Below, in pieces: positions 47,728 through 57,431 of a stretch of DNA of 64,000 bases. Location: positions 1 to 64,000 of IMG/VR virus record IMGVR_UViG_3300023273_000760. The stretch is one strand, 5' to 3'. The notes under the pieces were generated by a model that was not told the DNA's origin, did no database searches, and was given only the letters and a program-made list of their open reading frames with translations. Positions within the stretch are counted from its first letter, which is position 1; every line of letters starts with the position of its first letter. The DNA is from a virus. Both the position numbers and the translations under genes were made by a program.

Positions 47728-49206
47728 ATGGCATATATTATTAATAAAACCGACGGTTCGCAGATTGCGGTAGTTGAAGACGGTACAGTCGATCAAACTA
47801 CTAGTCTTAAACTAGTTGGTAAAAACTATGCTGGTTACGGTGAAATCCAGAACGAAAATTTCGTTCATTTACTAGAAAATTTTTCAAGTGCAAATTCACC
47901 ATCCAGAGCAATAGCAGGTCAAATTTGGTTTGATTCAGGAGTAAGCAAACTAAAATTTTATGACGGCACAAAATTTAGAACAACTGGCGGTGCTGAAGTA
48001 AGTTCTTCACAACCATCAGGACTTACTGAAGGTGACTTTTGGTGGGATAATGCAAACAATCAGTTGTATGCAAACACAGGAACAGGTTTTATCCTAATTG
48101 GTCCACAATCACAAGGTGATACTTTAACTAGTTTTGTTACTGATACAGTAAGAGATATTTCACAAGCACAACGAACAGTTATTAAAGGTACTGTAAACGA
48201 TGAAGTAGTTGTTGTACTTTCAGCGTCAGACTTTACGATTGACTCATCCGACCCCGACAATGCCATAACAGGATTTGATGTCATTCATAGAGGTATGACT
48301 ATGAAGAACACAACAAACGCTACACAAGGTGTTACTTCAACTGCTCATAGATGGTGGGGAACTGCTACTAACTCAGAAAAATTAGGCGGAAGAGATGCAA
48401 GCGAATACGTTGTAAGTATTCCGGGACAAGAATCATCATTTACTGAAATTGTAAGATTTAGTGATACAGGCTTTACTGTTGGTGCATCAAATGATTTAAG
48501 AGTTTCAATTGAAAATGATAACCAAGGTGTTATTGCAAACGAAGTTGGAACTGTAATTAGATTTAAAGTTGACAACGATCAGTCACAAGTAACAGAACCA
48601 ATGCAAATTAAAGCAGAAGGTATTGTTCCTGGTGCAAACAACACTTACAACTTAGGTAATACTAATAGCAAGTGGAACAACGTTTGGGCAACAACATTTA
48701 ACGGTACAGCAACTACAGCAAACGCAATGGTAGTTGGTCAGAATAACAGAACAGCAAGTACTTCGGCTACTGCTGATACAGTTGCAGTTAGAGACAGTCA
48801 AGCAAATCTAAATGCAAACCTATTTAACGGTACTGCTACAACAGCACGTTACGCTGACTTGGCAGAGAAATACACAACTGATGACGAGTATCCAACAGGT
48901 ACTATTATGGCAGTTAGTGATAATGAAGACTCAGAAACTACATGGTGCCAAATTGACGGAATGCCAATTGGTGTTATTTCTGCTAAACCTGCTTACTTAA
49001 TGAATGCAGATGCAGAAGGTCAAGCGATTGCACTTAAAGGTAGAGTACCAGTAAGAGTTGTAGGACCTGTTAACAAAGGCGACAAACTATACGTAGGTGC
49101 TAACGGTACTGCACAAAAAGCCAACGAAGGCGAATTAGTAGGTGTTGCACTAGAGTCTAATGATAGACACGAAGAAAAATTAGTAGAAGTTGTACTAAAA
49201 GTTTAA
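47728..49206 (+). CDS. Tail fibre-like protein (paralog 3) with C-terminal intramolecular-chaperone-like domain
   Basis: Shared N-terminal module; ADLAEKY...GVIS.KPAYLMN...ALKGRVPVRVVGPVNKGD. Confidence 0.75.
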   Translation: MAYIINKTDGSQIAVVEDGTVDQTTSLKLVGKNYAGYGEIQNENFVHLLENFSSANSPSRAIAGQIWFDSGVSKLKFYDGTKFRTTGGAEVSSSQPSGLTEGDFWWDNANNQLYANTGTGFILIGPQSQGDTLTSFVTDTVRDISQAQRTVIKGTVNDEVVVVLSASDFTIDSSDPDNAITGFDVIHRGMTMKNTTNATQGVTSTAHRWWGTATNSEKLGGRDASEYVVSIPGQESSFTEIVRFSDTGFTVGASNDLRVSIENDNQGVIANEVGTVIRFKVDNDQSQVTEPMQIKAEGIVPGANNTYNLGNTNSKWNNVWATTFNGTATTANAMVVGQNNRTASTSATADTVAVRDSQANLNANLFNGTATTARYADLAEKYTTDDEYPTGTIMAVSDNEDSETTWCQIDGMPIGVISAKPAYLMNADAEGQAIALKGRVPVRVVGPVNKGDKLYVGANGTAQKANEGELVGVALESNDRHEEKLVEVVLKV

Positions 49207-49219
49207 AGGGAAGAAGTAA

Positions 49220-50152
49220 ATGGCAGTTGTAACAGCGGCAAGGTATAATACATTACAAGCAAAGGTGGCTAACGTTTTAGGTAACGGAAGCGGTCAATTT
49301 GGATATGGACAAGTGTTAGCAAGTTCACAAGTAGCCGCAGAAACAGTTATCGATTCGACACACATGGCTGATCTGTACACTGATTTAGTTGCAACAAGAG
49401 TACACCAAGTTGGAAGTGTTCCACAGTCTATTGCAACAGTAGCGGCAGGCCAAGTTATCGAAGAAGATTCGGCTGATACTGGAACAGGTAGAGGTATTCT
49501 TCAATATGAAGATTTAGCAACTACTCTTGAAACAGATAAAGATTTAATTTATACTGTAGATACATCACAAAGCACAATTACTAATAGTAAAACTTCAAGT
49601 ACTAGAACTACTTCATGGTCTGGTATTGTTGATCATGTTGTTACAGTTACTTTTGCAAGTGCTGATGCACGTAGACACTTCTTTAATGCAGGCGGAGAAA
49701 TTCGTTTTACAGCAGACTTAGATCCTGATGTTTCAAACGGTAAGAACAACGATTGGAATAACTTATTATCATCAATGGGAACAGTTCTTTTTAAATCAGA
49801 TGACTGTACTTCAAATGGTACTACTCCAGGAACTCCACAAGGTCTTGGAAACTTTGATTTAACATCAACTTATCAACTTGTATTTCAGAAAGACGGAACT
49901 GGTGTATATTCAATGAACGATTATAATATCAAAGCAAAAGAGAATACAACAGCACAAATTGAATTTTTAATTGAATTTAGAGACGACGATGTTGGTTCTG
50001 ATGCTGGCGACTCAAATAATGATGGCGCAATTAACCCAATTGACGAAAGTGTAACTGGTACATTAGAGAGTGTAGTTGGCGAAAGATTACCAACTGGTCT
50101 TTATGTAGCATTAACTAGTCCAACATTTGCTACAACAAATAACTTAACATAA
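49220..50152 (+). CDS. Virion structural protein
   Basis: T/S/G-rich, GYGQ, RHFFNAGGEIRF; last gene before terminator. Confidence 0.6.
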   Translation: MAVVTAARYNTLQAKVANVLGNGSGQFGYGQVLASSQVAAETVIDSTHMADLYTDLVATRVHQVGSVPQSIATVAAGQVIEEDSADTGTGRGILQYEDLATTLETDKDLIYTVDTSQSTITNSKTSSTRTTSWSGIVDHVVTVTFASADARRHFFNAGGEIRFTADLDPDVSNGKNNDWNNLLSSMGTVLFKSDDCTSNGTTPGTPQGLGNFDLTSTYQLVFQKDGTGVYSMNDYNIKAKENTTAQIEFLIEFRDDDVGSDAGDSNNDGAINPIDESVTGTLESVVGERLPTGLYVALTSPTFATTNNLT

Positions 50153-50155
50153 GAA

Positions 50156-50195
50156 TTCCTACTACCTTAGGAACCGTGATGTTGCAAGGCGTCAC
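50156..50195 (+). other. Two-hairpin RNA element in 3' UTR
   Basis: UUCCUA-CUACCU-UAGGAA then GUGAUGUU-GCAA-GGCGUCAC (three G-U pairs, GNRA loop). Confidence 0.55.
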
Positions 50196-50198
50196 ACT

Positions 50199-50229
50199 AG
50201 AGTCACTTTTTAAGTGACTCTTTTTTTTT
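50199..50229 (+). terminator. Intrinsic terminator of the tail module
   Basis: GAGTCACTT-TTT-AAGTGACTC followed by T9. Confidence 0.9.
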
Positions 50230-50232
50230 GAC

Positions 50233-50240
50233 TGTAAATA
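50233..50240 (+). promoter_or_regulatory. Late promoter box (TGTAAATA)
   Basis: 7 nt before ATG 50248, heading the glycan island. Confidence 0.55.
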
Positions 50241-50247
50241 CAGTACT

Positions 50248-50592
50248 ATGGACGAGAAGTTATCAAAAGCCCTTGAATTTGGCAATTATTCTGCTACACT
50301 AGAAAATCAAAAGCGTATGTTACAAGAAAAATTTGTAACAGATACGATTTATTTCTGCGCAGGTGGACAATTTACTATTACTAAAGAACTTATTAATTAT
50401 TGCCAAACATTACTAGGTAGCGGACAAGAGTCGTTTATATTAATTGATGATAATAGTATTCCTATTGAAATACAAAGTATTGAAAAATTTAAAGAAGAAA
50501 TTTTTGACAAGTACTTTGTTGCTCTTAATGAATATCATACGTCTTATCAAAAATTAACAAAAAGTAGGTCCGTTGACGGATTAGTAGAATGA
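50248..50592 (+). CDS. Hypothetical protein
   Basis: 114-aa ORF, ATGA-coupled to the next gene. Confidence 0.7.
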   Translation: MDEKLSKALEFGNYSATLENQKRMLQEKFVTDTIYFCAGGQFTITKELINYCQTLLGSGQESFILIDDNSIPIEIQSIEKFKEEIFDKYFVALNEYHTSYQKLTKSRSVDGLVE

Positions 50593-51428
50593 CAAATGGG
50601 ATTCTTTTATTTGCATACAATAATGAACAAATAGATTACGTTGCTCAAGCGTGTTATCTAGCCAATCGTGTAAAACAGTACATGAACCTTCCTACTACTT
50701 TAGTTACTGATGATAAAGCAAGGGTTGAAAAATATTATAATGGTAATGAAGTATTTGATAACATTATAGAAGTTTCATCTATTAGATATAATAAAAAACG
50801 CTATCATGATGGAGCGTTGTCGTTCAAACTTCTTAACTTTAAGAATTTTAATAGAGATAATGCTTATAATGTTTCGCCATACGATCAAACACTAGTACTA
50901 GATACTGACTATATTATTTCCAATGACTTATTACTAAGTTGTTTTAATAGTGTTAATGACTTAATGGTTTATTCAAAGAGTCTTGATATTTCGGGATGGA
51001 GAGAAGCAGAAGAATTTGATTTAATAAGTGAAACTAGTATAAAATTTTATTGGGCCACAGTTGTGTTTTTTAGAAAAACAAAATCTAATAAAGTGTTCTT
51101 TGATCTAATAACACATATTAAAGAAAATTATGAACACTATCGAAACTTGTATCAACTTACTAACAGTGTTTATAGGAATGACTTTGCTTTTAGTATAGCA
51201 ATACATATTATGGCAGGACACTATGGATCTGGATTCGTAAAAGAATTACCAGGAAAGATGATTTATAGTACAGGTAAAGATATCTTAGAAAAAATTAAAG
51301 ATGATGAATTAACTTTATTAGTTGAAAAACAAAATAGATCGGGAGAGTATACCCTTTTAAAATCTAAAGGCTTAAACTTACACGTAATGAATAAGTTTAG
51401 TTTGAATAGGAACATTTCTAATGCCTAA
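50589..51428 (+). CDS. Glycosyltransferase, GT-A fold (GT8-like)
   Basis: SPYDQTLVLDTD (DxD), RNDFAFS. Confidence 0.65.
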   Translation: MTNGILLFAYNNEQIDYVAQACYLANRVKQYMNLPTTLVTDDKARVEKYYNGNEVFDNIIEVSSIRYNKKRYHDGALSFKLLNFKNFNRDNAYNVSPYDQTLVLDTDYIISNDLLLSCFNSVNDLMVYSKSLDISGWREAEEFDLISETSIKFYWATVVFFRKTKSNKVFFDLITHIKENYEHYRNLYQLTNSVYRNDFAFSIAIHIMAGHYGSGFVKELPGKMIYSTGKDILEKIKDDELTLLVEKQNRSGEYTLLKSKGLNLHVMNKFSLNRNISNA

Positions 51429-52242
51429 CTTTACTTTTCTTGCACAAAATAATGAACAAGACAATTATGTACGTCAAGCAGAATTACTAGCAATGAGTAT
51501 TAGAAAAACTAATCCAGACAGTAAAATTTGCTTAATAACTAATGAAGACACTGAATGGATTAAAGAAGGACTGTTTGACGATATTGTACCTATTCCGTGG
51601 GAAGATAAAGCAGATGAGCACAAATGGAAAGTACAAAACAGATGGAAAATTTATCATGCTTGTCCATATGACGAAACTTTTGTATTAGATACAGACATGA
51701 TAGTATGTCATAACTTAACACATTGGTGGAATTTAATGCAAAATTATGATGTATTTTATACAACTAATGTAACAGATTATAAACAGTGTAAACTTAATGT
51801 AACATACTATAGAAAAATGTTCGAAGCAAACAACTTACCAAACATTTATGTCGCATTACATTATTTTAAAAAGTCAGAATTTGCAAAACAGTTTTATACT
51901 TGTTTAGAAGAAGTAATGAAAAACTGGGAATACTATTATGAAAGGTATGCACCTAAGAAAATGCAAAAGTTTTTAAGCGTTGACGTATGTACAGCAATAG
52001 CAATTAGAGTGTTAGGTGTTGAACATATAGTTACAAATACTAAACTACCATTTCCTACGTTTGTACATATGAAACCGTATGCACAAAGTTGGAAAATACA
52101 AACAACAAAATGGCAAGACCGTGTTAGTTGCTTTATTGATGATAAACAACAACTTAAAATAGGTGGACATTTGCAGGACACAGTGTTTCATTATACTGAA
52201 AAAGATTTTACGGAGAAATATTATGACAGATTCAATAATTAA
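51421..52242 (+). CDS. Glycosyltransferase, GT-A fold (GT8-like), paralog
   Basis: CPYDETFVLDTD (DxD), FVHMKP. Confidence 0.65.
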   Translation: MPNFTFLAQNNEQDNYVRQAELLAMSIRKTNPDSKICLITNEDTEWIKEGLFDDIVPIPWEDKADEHKWKVQNRWKIYHACPYDETFVLDTDMIVCHNLTHWWNLMQNYDVFYTTNVTDYKQCKLNVTYYRKMFEANNLPNIYVALHYFKKSEFAKQFYTCLEEVMKNWEYYYERYAPKKMQKFLSVDVCTAIAIRVLGVEHIVTNTKLPFPTFVHMKPYAQSWKIQTTKWQDRVSCFIDDKQQLKIGGHLQDTVFHYTEKDFTEKYYDRFNN

Positions 52243-52777
52243 TTTTCCAGTTAAAGTTCAGAAATTTAAAGAACATAGTGTTCTTAAAGAATTATTATTA
52301 ACAGCAATTAATGAACAAAAAGAAGTAGAACATTTAATCGGACCTAATAATGATATTACTCGTTGTGATTGGCAACCTGCAAGATTTAATACTAACCGAC
52401 GTTGGGTAAAGGATATAAAAGATCCGTTAACTGAACATATTGCAAAGTGGGCAGAGTCGTTTGGATATGCAAATTTTAAAGTGCTTGAAATTTGGTTTCA
52501 ACAATATGCACAGAACAGTAAACACTCTTGGCACACACATGGCGGAAATTTTACGTGTGTGTATTATCTAGATTTGCCTAAAGATACTCCACGTACTCAG
52601 TGGATTAATCCTACAACTCTAAATGAAGAAACTTTTTGTGTTGCAGAAGGTGATATTATTATATTTCCAAGTTGGTTAATACATAGAGCACCACAAAATG
52701 AATCAAAAAATATGAAAACAATTATTTCATGGAACATTGAAGTTGGGATATCTGACTTCTACGGAGAAGGTCAATGA
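52223..52777 (+). CDS. 2OG-Fe(II) oxygenase-like protein
   Basis: HSWHTHG, CVYYL, EGDIIIFPSWLIH, IISWN; probable start MTDSII at 52223 (track start 52163). Confidence 0.75.
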   Translation: MTDSIINFPVKVQKFKEHSVLKELLLTAINEQKEVEHLIGPNNDITRCDWQPARFNTNRRWVKDIKDPLTEHIAKWAESFGYANFKVLEIWFQQYAQNSKHSWHTHGGNFTCVYYLDLPKDTPRTQWINPTTLNEETFCVAEGDIIIFPSWLIHRAPQNESKNMKTIISWNIEVGISDFYGEGQ

Positions 52778-53349
52778 CAATGTCTTGGAAAGAAGTTCCG
52801 TTAAAGCCATCACAAACTTGGCTTGATTTTGATTTAGATAGTGGTGTAATAAAAACTATCGGAGCAACACCGTTAAGTAAACATAGTATCGAAGTTGACT
52901 ATGAGCAAGTTAAAGATTTAATTGAAGGTAAAGTATATTTTAAACACTTTTTAGTTCAATTTAATCCAACTAGCACAATGTATGAGTTGGTTAATAAGCA
53001 CGACGAAAAGAAATACGAATATAACGTTAATTCTAGTTTATATAAAATACAAAAAACTAATAAAGCAGATATTATAATTTGTAAAAATTATAAAAAGAAA
53101 CAATGGGAATTAAAGTTTGGTGATTTATTTGCAAAAACATTGCTCAAAAACAACGTTACATTACAAACAGTAAAGCATTTTAGTGTAGTAGAAAAGAATA
53201 ACCCATTTGTACTATACAGAACATTAACATTCAATTTAGCGTCAAATAATTTAGTCTTGCAATTTAATGATAATGATGCTATAATAGAATTTGACATTTA
53301 TACGAATAAACTTTTTAACAGTTATGGGATACAAATTGAACAAGATTAA
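52774..53349 (+). CDS. Hypothetical protein
   Basis: 191-aa coupled ORF, no motif recognised. Confidence 0.65.
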   Translation: MTMSWKEVPLKPSQTWLDFDLDSGVIKTIGATPLSKHSIEVDYEQVKDLIEGKVYFKHFLVQFNPTSTMYELVNKHDEKKYEYNVNSSLYKIQKTNKADIIICKNYKKKQWELKFGDLFAKTLLKNNVTLQTVKHFSVVEKNNPFVLYRTLTFNLASNNLVLQFNDNDAIIEFDIYTNKLFNSYGIQIEQD

Positions 53350-54223
53350 GATACAAGATGTTGATATTATCTTTCTAAGTTATGATGAGCCTAATGCTGA
53401 AGAAAATTGGGCAGACTTACAACGGAAGATACCTTGGGCAAAACGTGTACACGGAGTAGAAGGATCAGATGCGGCACACAAAGCCTGTGCAGATTTATCT
53501 GAAACAAAACATTTTGTAACTGTAGATGGTGACACTATTGTCGACCCTAAGTTTATGCAAGTTGAATTAGACTTAGATAAGTTAGGTGTAGACGATGACT
53601 ATCAATTTAGTTGGTGTGGTAAAATTGATGTTAACGGACTTATGTACGGCAATGGAAGTTTAAAGATGTGGACAAAAGATTTTGTTAAAAATATGAAGAC
53701 ACATGAAAACACTGACGGATCAGATGAAACAAGTATTGAATTTTGTTACTTTGACAACTATTATCAATTAAATGAAAACTATAGTAAAAGTATTATTACA
53801 GCAACTCCACATCAAGCATGGAGAGCAGGATTCCGTGAAGGCGTTAAAATGAGTCTGGATAGGGGAAAGCCAACAGAAGATATTAATTCATTATGGTGGC
53901 AAAATAGACACAGACTTTTTATTTGGCAAATGGTAGGTTGTGATGTTCCTAATGGTATCTGGGCGGTATATGGCGCACGACTTGGAACATATATGAATAT
54001 GTGTACAGATTGGGATCATACACAGACAAGAGACTTTACTTACCTCAATGAGTTATGGAAAGAACACGAGACTGTTACAGTCGCAGAAGAATGTAAAGAA
54101 CTAGGAAAGAAATTAATTAATGAATTAGAATTACCTATTGCCGTTGTTCCGTTTGATAAATTACAAAGTGAATTTTTTAAGACAGTATACATAAACGGCG
54201 ATAGAGTAATTAGGCGTAAATGA
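53324..54223 (+). CDS. Glycosyltransferase-like protein (GT-A)
   Basis: DIIFLSYDEP, AAHKACA, FVTVDGD (DxD), AWRAGFREGVK; start uncertain (53291, 53324 or 53336). Confidence 0.6.
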   Translation: MGYKLNKIKIQDVDIIFLSYDEPNAEENWADLQRKIPWAKRVHGVEGSDAAHKACADLSETKHFVTVDGDTIVDPKFMQVELDLDKLGVDDDYQFSWCGKIDVNGLMYGNGSLKMWTKDFVKNMKTHENTDGSDETSIEFCYFDNYYQLNENYSKSIITATPHQAWRAGFREGVKMSLDRGKPTEDINSLWWQNRHRLFIWQMVGCDVPNGIWAVYGARLGTYMNMCTDWDHTQTRDFTYLNELWKEHETVTVAEECKELGKKLINELELPIAVVPFDKLQSEFFKTVYINGDRVIRRK

Positions 54224-54465
54224 AAATAAGATATTATCATAATATTGATGGTTGGCGTTGGCTAGGATTTGTATTAGCAATGGTTAGTGCATTTTTATTA
54301 AGTGGCGGTAATCCTGCAATACAATGGTTAGGATGGGGCATCGCTTGCTTTAGTTGTAGCATATGGATTTACATGGGATGGAAAGATGGTGATACTCCTA
54401 GGGCATTAATGGAGTTAATGTATTTGCTTCTTGCTATAAGAGGCGTTTGGAATTGGATTCAATGA
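54220..54465 (+). CDS. Small 3-TM membrane protein (PnuC/semiSWEET-like half transporter?)
   Basis: Three hydrophobic Trp-rich segments, ends RGVWNW. Confidence 0.5.
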   Translation: MKIRYYHNIDGWRWLGFVLAMVSAFLLSGGNPAIQWLGWGIACFSCSIWIYMGWKDGDTPRALMELMYLLLAIRGVWNWIQ

Positions 54466-55829
54466 GTGAATTAGACAGAATTAAAACAGTAATGCCAGAA
54501 ATTGATAAAATTTCTCCTTCATTCTGTTTGGCTAAATGGCATCATGTTACTATCTATTTGCAAACAGGCGAAACACACAGTTGTTATCATCCAGCACCTC
54601 ACAAGATTCCTTTAGAAGGATTAATAGATAATCCAAGCCAATTGCATAATACTCCGCAAAAGAAACTCGAACGTAGAGAAATGTTAGCAGGATTAAAACC
54701 TAGTGGTTGTCAATACTGTTGGAACATTGAATGTATGGGTAAAGATTACATTAGCGATAGACATATTAAAACAGCAAGTATTCATACACCAGAACGTATT
54801 GAAGAAATTACAAGTAATCCTTGGGACTATAATATTAATCCCGAATATATTGAAGTAAACTTTAGTAATGAGTGTAATTTTAAATGCGGTTATTGTCATC
54901 CTAAGTTTAGTAGTAGATATTGGAACGAAATTAAACAACACGGACCATATAAAGATAGTACAGCACATCGTAACGATATTGACTGGATAGAATTATATGA
55001 AGAAGAATCTAATCCTTATGTAGAAGCATGGTGGAAATGGTGGCCTGAAGTTAGTAAGACATTGAACATCTTACGTGTTACAGGTGGAGAGCCTTTGATG
55101 CATAAAAGTACTTGGAGGCTTTTTGAAGAATTAAAATCAAATCCAAAGCCGCATTTAAATATTGAACTTAACAGCAATATGGGTGTAAAGCCTGCACTAG
55201 TTAAAAAATTAACACAAGTCGTAAAAGAACTTAGAGAAACTAATTGTATTGCAAGTTTTAAATTATATACAAGTATAGATACATGGAGTAACCGTGCAGA
55301 ATATACACGTACTGGATTAGATTTAAAAATTTGGGAAACAAATTTAGATTATTATCTATCCAACACACCCTGGCCTGTAACATTTATGATTACATTTAAC
55401 ATATTCTCTGTTACAAGTTTCAGTTCTTTGTTAGAAAAAATATTAGAATGGCGTAAAAAATATAATACAGATGAACAAACAAAATGGCAACGTATAAGGT
55501 TTGATACGCCATACCTAACTGATCCTATTCAGTTTGATATAAACATACTTCCTAAAGATGAATTCATGCCTTATATGAAAAAGCACTTAGAGTTTATTGT
55601 TAATAATTTAGATGACACAAACAGAACTAAATTTAGTAGTTTGGAATATGAAAGATTTAGGAGAGTAGTTGACTATATGGAAACAACAAACTATTCTGAG
55701 AAAAAACTATTAAACGGAAGAAAAAACTTTCATACATGGTTTAGAGAATACGATAAAAGACGCAATACTAATCTTGTAGAAACGTTTCCTGAATTTAAAG
55801 AATTTTACAATTTTTGTAAAACTTGCTAA
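54462..55829 (+). CDS. Radical SAM protein with N-terminal SPASM/twitch-like cysteines
   Basis: CNFKCGYC, TGGEPL, CLAKW...SCYH...CQYCW; ATG 54462 coupled to previous stop. Confidence 0.9.
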   Translation: MSELDRIKTVMPEIDKISPSFCLAKWHHVTIYLQTGETHSCYHPAPHKIPLEGLIDNPSQLHNTPQKKLERREMLAGLKPSGCQYCWNIECMGKDYISDRHIKTASIHTPERIEEITSNPWDYNINPEYIEVNFSNECNFKCGYCHPKFSSRYWNEIKQHGPYKDSTAHRNDIDWIELYEEESNPYVEAWWKWWPEVSKTLNILRVTGGEPLMHKSTWRLFEELKSNPKPHLNIELNSNMGVKPALVKKLTQVVKELRETNCIASFKLYTSIDTWSNRAEYTRTGLDLKIWETNLDYYLSNTPWPVTFMITFNIFSVTSFSSLLEKILEWRKKYNTDEQTKWQRIRFDTPYLTDPIQFDINILPKDEFMPYMKKHLEFIVNNLDDTNRTKFSSLEYERFRRVVDYMETTNYSEKKLLNGRKNFHTWFREYDKRRNTNLVETFPEFKEFYNFCKTC

Positions 55830-56940
55830 CTAATTTCTGATTGTGTATTAATACGTCTTCTATATCTTGTAAGTTACAATCATTATTAGCAATGTGTTCA
55901 ATTAATTCAAAAATAGCAATTAACCTATCTGTAGGATTTTCAATACTGTCGTAGTCTTCACTCCACAAACTATCAAATGTTTTAAATCCAAGTTCTTTAA
56001 TATATTTTAAAGTATGCGGCGGTCCAACCATAACAAACGGTCTACCATATAACATTGCATTAAATGTTTTTTCACTAAAGTTAGCAGTAGGTTGTGCAAA
56101 ACGTGTTTCGTTAACAATAGCACACATACTATCTAAATAAAATGCTTCTAGTCCTCTACCTTGAGGAGCAAACACAGGCCATTGCTTCATGCTGGCATCA
56201 GTTGTTTTTGCATTTTTATAATCTAATACATATGGAATATTTTGATTTAATGTATCGATATTTTGTTTAATTATTGTTTCGTAATTAGTACCACTCCATT
56301 TGTCTAGTTCAATCCAAGTGCGGTCCATTAATAATTCATAGTTAGTTTTAAAGTTCCAACTTAAATAACAATCTTTGTCTACAAGAAATGCAGATAGTAA
56401 ATGACGATGTTTAGTATAACGCCAGTTTGGACAAATAAATTTTTTATTATAATTTAAATCAAGTGTAGTATTACCACCACAAAAGAAATCACGTAAAAAT
56501 ATATCCATGCAAAATAAGTTTAATGTTGGATAATTTTTAGCATAATATTTTTGTATATTATAATCTCCTGTATATACATTGATATTTTTAATACTGTTCT
56601 TTTGTTGCCAATTAACAATACTATCTAATTCGTCTGCATAAAGATTATCAAATGTATTAAATTCACTATAGAAATGGTTGTTATGGATCGTATCTTTTAT
56701 ATATGGACTAACAGGCTCGTACAAGTAGATATCAACACCCTTACTTAATTTTTTATATGTTTTAGGAGACAGTTCTAAACTGTCAAACTGTTTGATATGA
56801 TTAGTACCTGTGTAAACAAAAGTAGGACGAGTTGTATCTTTTAATAAAGATTCACGGAATAGTTCAGTTAACATTCCTTTATCTTTGTTGCGTATATTTT
56901 TCTGTGGAATATTTTTCCAGAATAAGTCCTGGACAAACAT
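55795..56940 (-). CDS. Putative glycosyltransferase (GT10-like C-terminal motif)
   Basis: IVNETRF...FSEKTF...RPFVMVG...GFKTFD...YDSIEN; paralog of 59679-60626. Confidence 0.5.
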   Translation of the reverse strand: MFVQDLFWKNIPQKNIRNKDKGMLTELFRESLLKDTTRPTFVYTGTNHIKQFDSLELSPKTYKKLSKGVDIYLYEPVSPYIKDTIHNNHFYSEFNTFDNLYADELDSIVNWQQKNSIKNINVYTGDYNIQKYYAKNYPTLNLFCMDIFLRDFFCGGNTTLDLNYNKKFICPNWRYTKHRHLLSAFLVDKDCYLSWNFKTNYELLMDRTWIELDKWSGTNYETIIKQNIDTLNQNIPYVLDYKNAKTTDASMKQWPVFAPQGRGLEAFYLDSMCAIVNETRFAQPTANFSEKTFNAMLYGRPFVMVGPPHTLKYIKELGFKTFDSLWSEDYDSIENPTDRLIAIFELIEHIANNDCNLQDIEDVLIHNQKLVSKFYKNCKIL

Positions 56941-57431
56941 TAGTAACTTCCTGTAATTTGTAAAGTGTATCTTGGATCTACGCCAATGTTACTTGCGGCG
57001 TGTGGAGCATCGGCATCCCATAAAACATATTCTCCTGCTTTATAGTTTACAACACCAATACCTTCTACTTCAAAGTAATGACCTGGTTTCCAATCTTCTA
57101 AAAATACAATAGCACGTCTTACATTTTTTCGTTCTTGATTAAACACACGACAATATGTATTAAAATGATCAACGTGTGTAGGCATAATATCTAATGTATC
57201 CATTCTATAAAACACAAATCCAGGATTATGTAAATTTAATAATGATGCAACTTTTTCTACCCATTCAGGCATTGGATTTTTACTGTCATACATTTTGCCT
57301 GTTGTAGTAGTATGTGTATATCCTTGTTCACGCCAAGCATCTGCTTCTTCACCTGTAATAGGTTGTCTAACGTAATTAAAATCTTTGAAATCATCATTCC
57401 AAAGTTTGCTAATAATCCCTCTATAAAACAT
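56940..57431 (-). CDS. Cupin/2OG-Fe(II) oxygenase-like protein
   Basis: PTHVD (HxD)...PHAASN...RYTLQITG. Confidence 0.7.
   Translation of the reverse strand: MFYRGIISKLWNDDFKDFNYVRQPITGEEADAWREQGYTHTTTTGKMYDSKNPMPEWVEKVASLLNLHNPGFVFYRMDTLDIMPTHVDHFNTYCRVFNQERKNVRRAIVFLEDWKPGHYFEVEGIGVVNYKAGEYVLWDADAPHAASNIGVDPRYTLQITGSY

Noticed and set aside
43526-50152. Diversity-generating retroelement or invertible fibre cassette
   Set aside because: No reverse transcriptase, recombinase or near-identical TR/VR repeat pair was seen in the window.
55795-55829. 35-nt overlap of convergent gene ends
   Set aside because: Ordinary compaction at the junction of the inverted operon.
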